Shown: positions 49,389-50,684 of the stretch, one piece after another
Layout: each line of letters starts with the position of its first letter
Position numbering within the stretch: position 1 is the first letter of the stretch
Origin: Octopus bimaculoides
Lineage: Eukaryota
DNA: 50,684 nucleotides
NCBI RefSeq assembly: GCF_001194135.2
Contig: NC_068981.1
Location: 101,579,601-101,630,284 of the forward strand
Direction of reading: 5' to 3'
Program-made: the position numbers and the translations under genes
The notes under the pieces: model-generated
The model's database searches: none
What the model was told of the DNA's origin: nothing
What the model saw: only the letters and a program-made list of their open reading frames with translations

Positions 49389-49630
49389 ACAAACTTACAT
49401 GAAAAGGTACACATACTTTAAAATATCTTGCAATGGTTAGTAACATAGAAACCAGGATTAAAAATTTTTTAAAATCTCATGTGACATATTTTTATCGGCA
49501 TCACTAGTTCTGTATATAAATAATGTCTAAAGCTAAATCCCGGATAGGGAGTTTTATCAACTATATAATACTAAGCGTTTCTTAAATTATTTATCACTGA
49601 AACAGAGTAATTTGGTGTGTCATATCAGAC
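49389..49630 (+). repeat. Dispersed repeat family 2 fragment
   Basis: Aligns with 39500-39545 and 39790-39960. Confidence 0.6.
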
Positions 49631-50402
49631 AATAAGATCGTTTCTGTTCCTGTCACAGGTTCCTACTTTTTAAAACTTTATTCCAATTGTTTTCAAATTT
49701 GGTGTTCTGATTTAGTTTTGTATGCTAATTATGAAAACGAAATTTGTTTTTACCATAAATCAATTAATAGAAAGTTAATAGCTTCTAAACTTTGCAAATT
49801 TGGGATAATTTTAGCCAATCAGACACGTCGATACCTGTTTCCATAGTTTCAAGCAAGCTATAGTCTGCTGCTCGAACCACCACTACCACGTGTATTTACT
49901 TTTTGCTTGTATATTTTCTTTGACGAGAGTGCCTGTGTATTTTCTGGACCTTTGTACCTCACTTTCATCAATTTCACCAATGTTTTCTAGAAACGGAGGA
50001 TCTTTTCGGTTACTGTCACCACAGATTTTGTTTGAAATTTTACCTCTTTTGCATTTCGAAAATTTATTAATTGTTTACATGAACTGATCTATTACAACAG
50101 TATAACGTACAGTTTGCTTTTTGTAATTTTGTGCAAGAGAATTTCATTGATGATTTTTTCTCTTTTTAAATTGTTTACATGCTTGTTTGACCGTTTCACA
50201 CGATTTTATTCATTAAAACTTATTAAAACTATTTACAATTTTCGTCGTAATGCTTTGCTTTCTTTGTTTATAAAAACTTTTGTCATAATACCAGCTTCCA
50301 AATCCTGTTTTCTGATTGGCTACAAATTATCAAACTTTGAATCTCTGTAACATTTTTTTGCACACAATCTTAAATTTTAAGAAAAAATAAATATGTAATA
50401 CA

Positions 50403-50483
50403 GCGACGAATTGACCAACGACGAATTGGCAGGGGACAAATTAAACGACGACAAATTGCCTTCGACGAATTAACCGGACACCG
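50403..50483. repeat. Five ~15-bp CGAC(G/A)AATT units ending in ACCGGACACCG; probable DNA-transposon terminus
   Basis: GCGACGAATTGACCA / ACGACGAATTGGCAG / GGGACAAATTAAACG / ACGACAAATTGCCTT / CGACGAATTAACCGG. Confidence 0.6.
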
Positions 50484-50684
50484 TTCCAAACTTCTCACAC
50501 TATAACGGTATGGTCTGTATGAGAAATTTTCCTACCGACATTTTTTCGTGAAATGTTCCAAACATTTTTCGTCAAATATGTGTAATGGTATAATTTCAAA
50601 TTATTTATATATTAATAACCGTAAAATGGCTTAACAGTATACCTTGTATATGGAACTTTACCGCTTATATATATATATATATAT

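Overview
Eukaryotic, AT-rich DNA dominated by repeats and microsatellites, with nine N-gaps (2954-3157, 6281-6781, 10417-11060, 26326-26730, 35588-35915, 37421-37583, 42758-42790, 47214-47503, 48412-49382). The SINE/LINE repertoire looks like an octopus (coleoid cephalopod) genome; this is an inference from repeat style, not a database result. I find no intact host protein-coding gene, and most long ORFs in the track are microsatellite or N-gap artefacts. The window is a transposon graveyard: a full-length decayed maT-type (DD37D-like) mariner with TIRs, two Penelope remnants (one ending in a decayed hammerhead ribozyme), several RTE LINE pieces (one about 2.2 kb with RT motifs), a Helitron helicase remnant, a cluster of non-autonomous Helitron-derived elements, a hAT remnant with a nested Tx1-like fragment, a MITE and three tRNA-derived SINE families. 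The most interesting structure is a 1.7-kb ORF1-only L1/Tx1-like element (41466-43151). It sits in the tRNA-like head of a SINE between 12-bp target-site duplications and shares its 3' terminus with that same SINE, which suggests a LINE-derived system that both targets and mobilises the SINE. Also notable: a CpG-decay boundary near 26-27 kb, a ~0.78-kb inverted repeat pair, repeat-borne NRF1/ETS/YY1 motif cassettes and several hammerhead-like motifs. Most repeat boundaries are approximate, read by eye.
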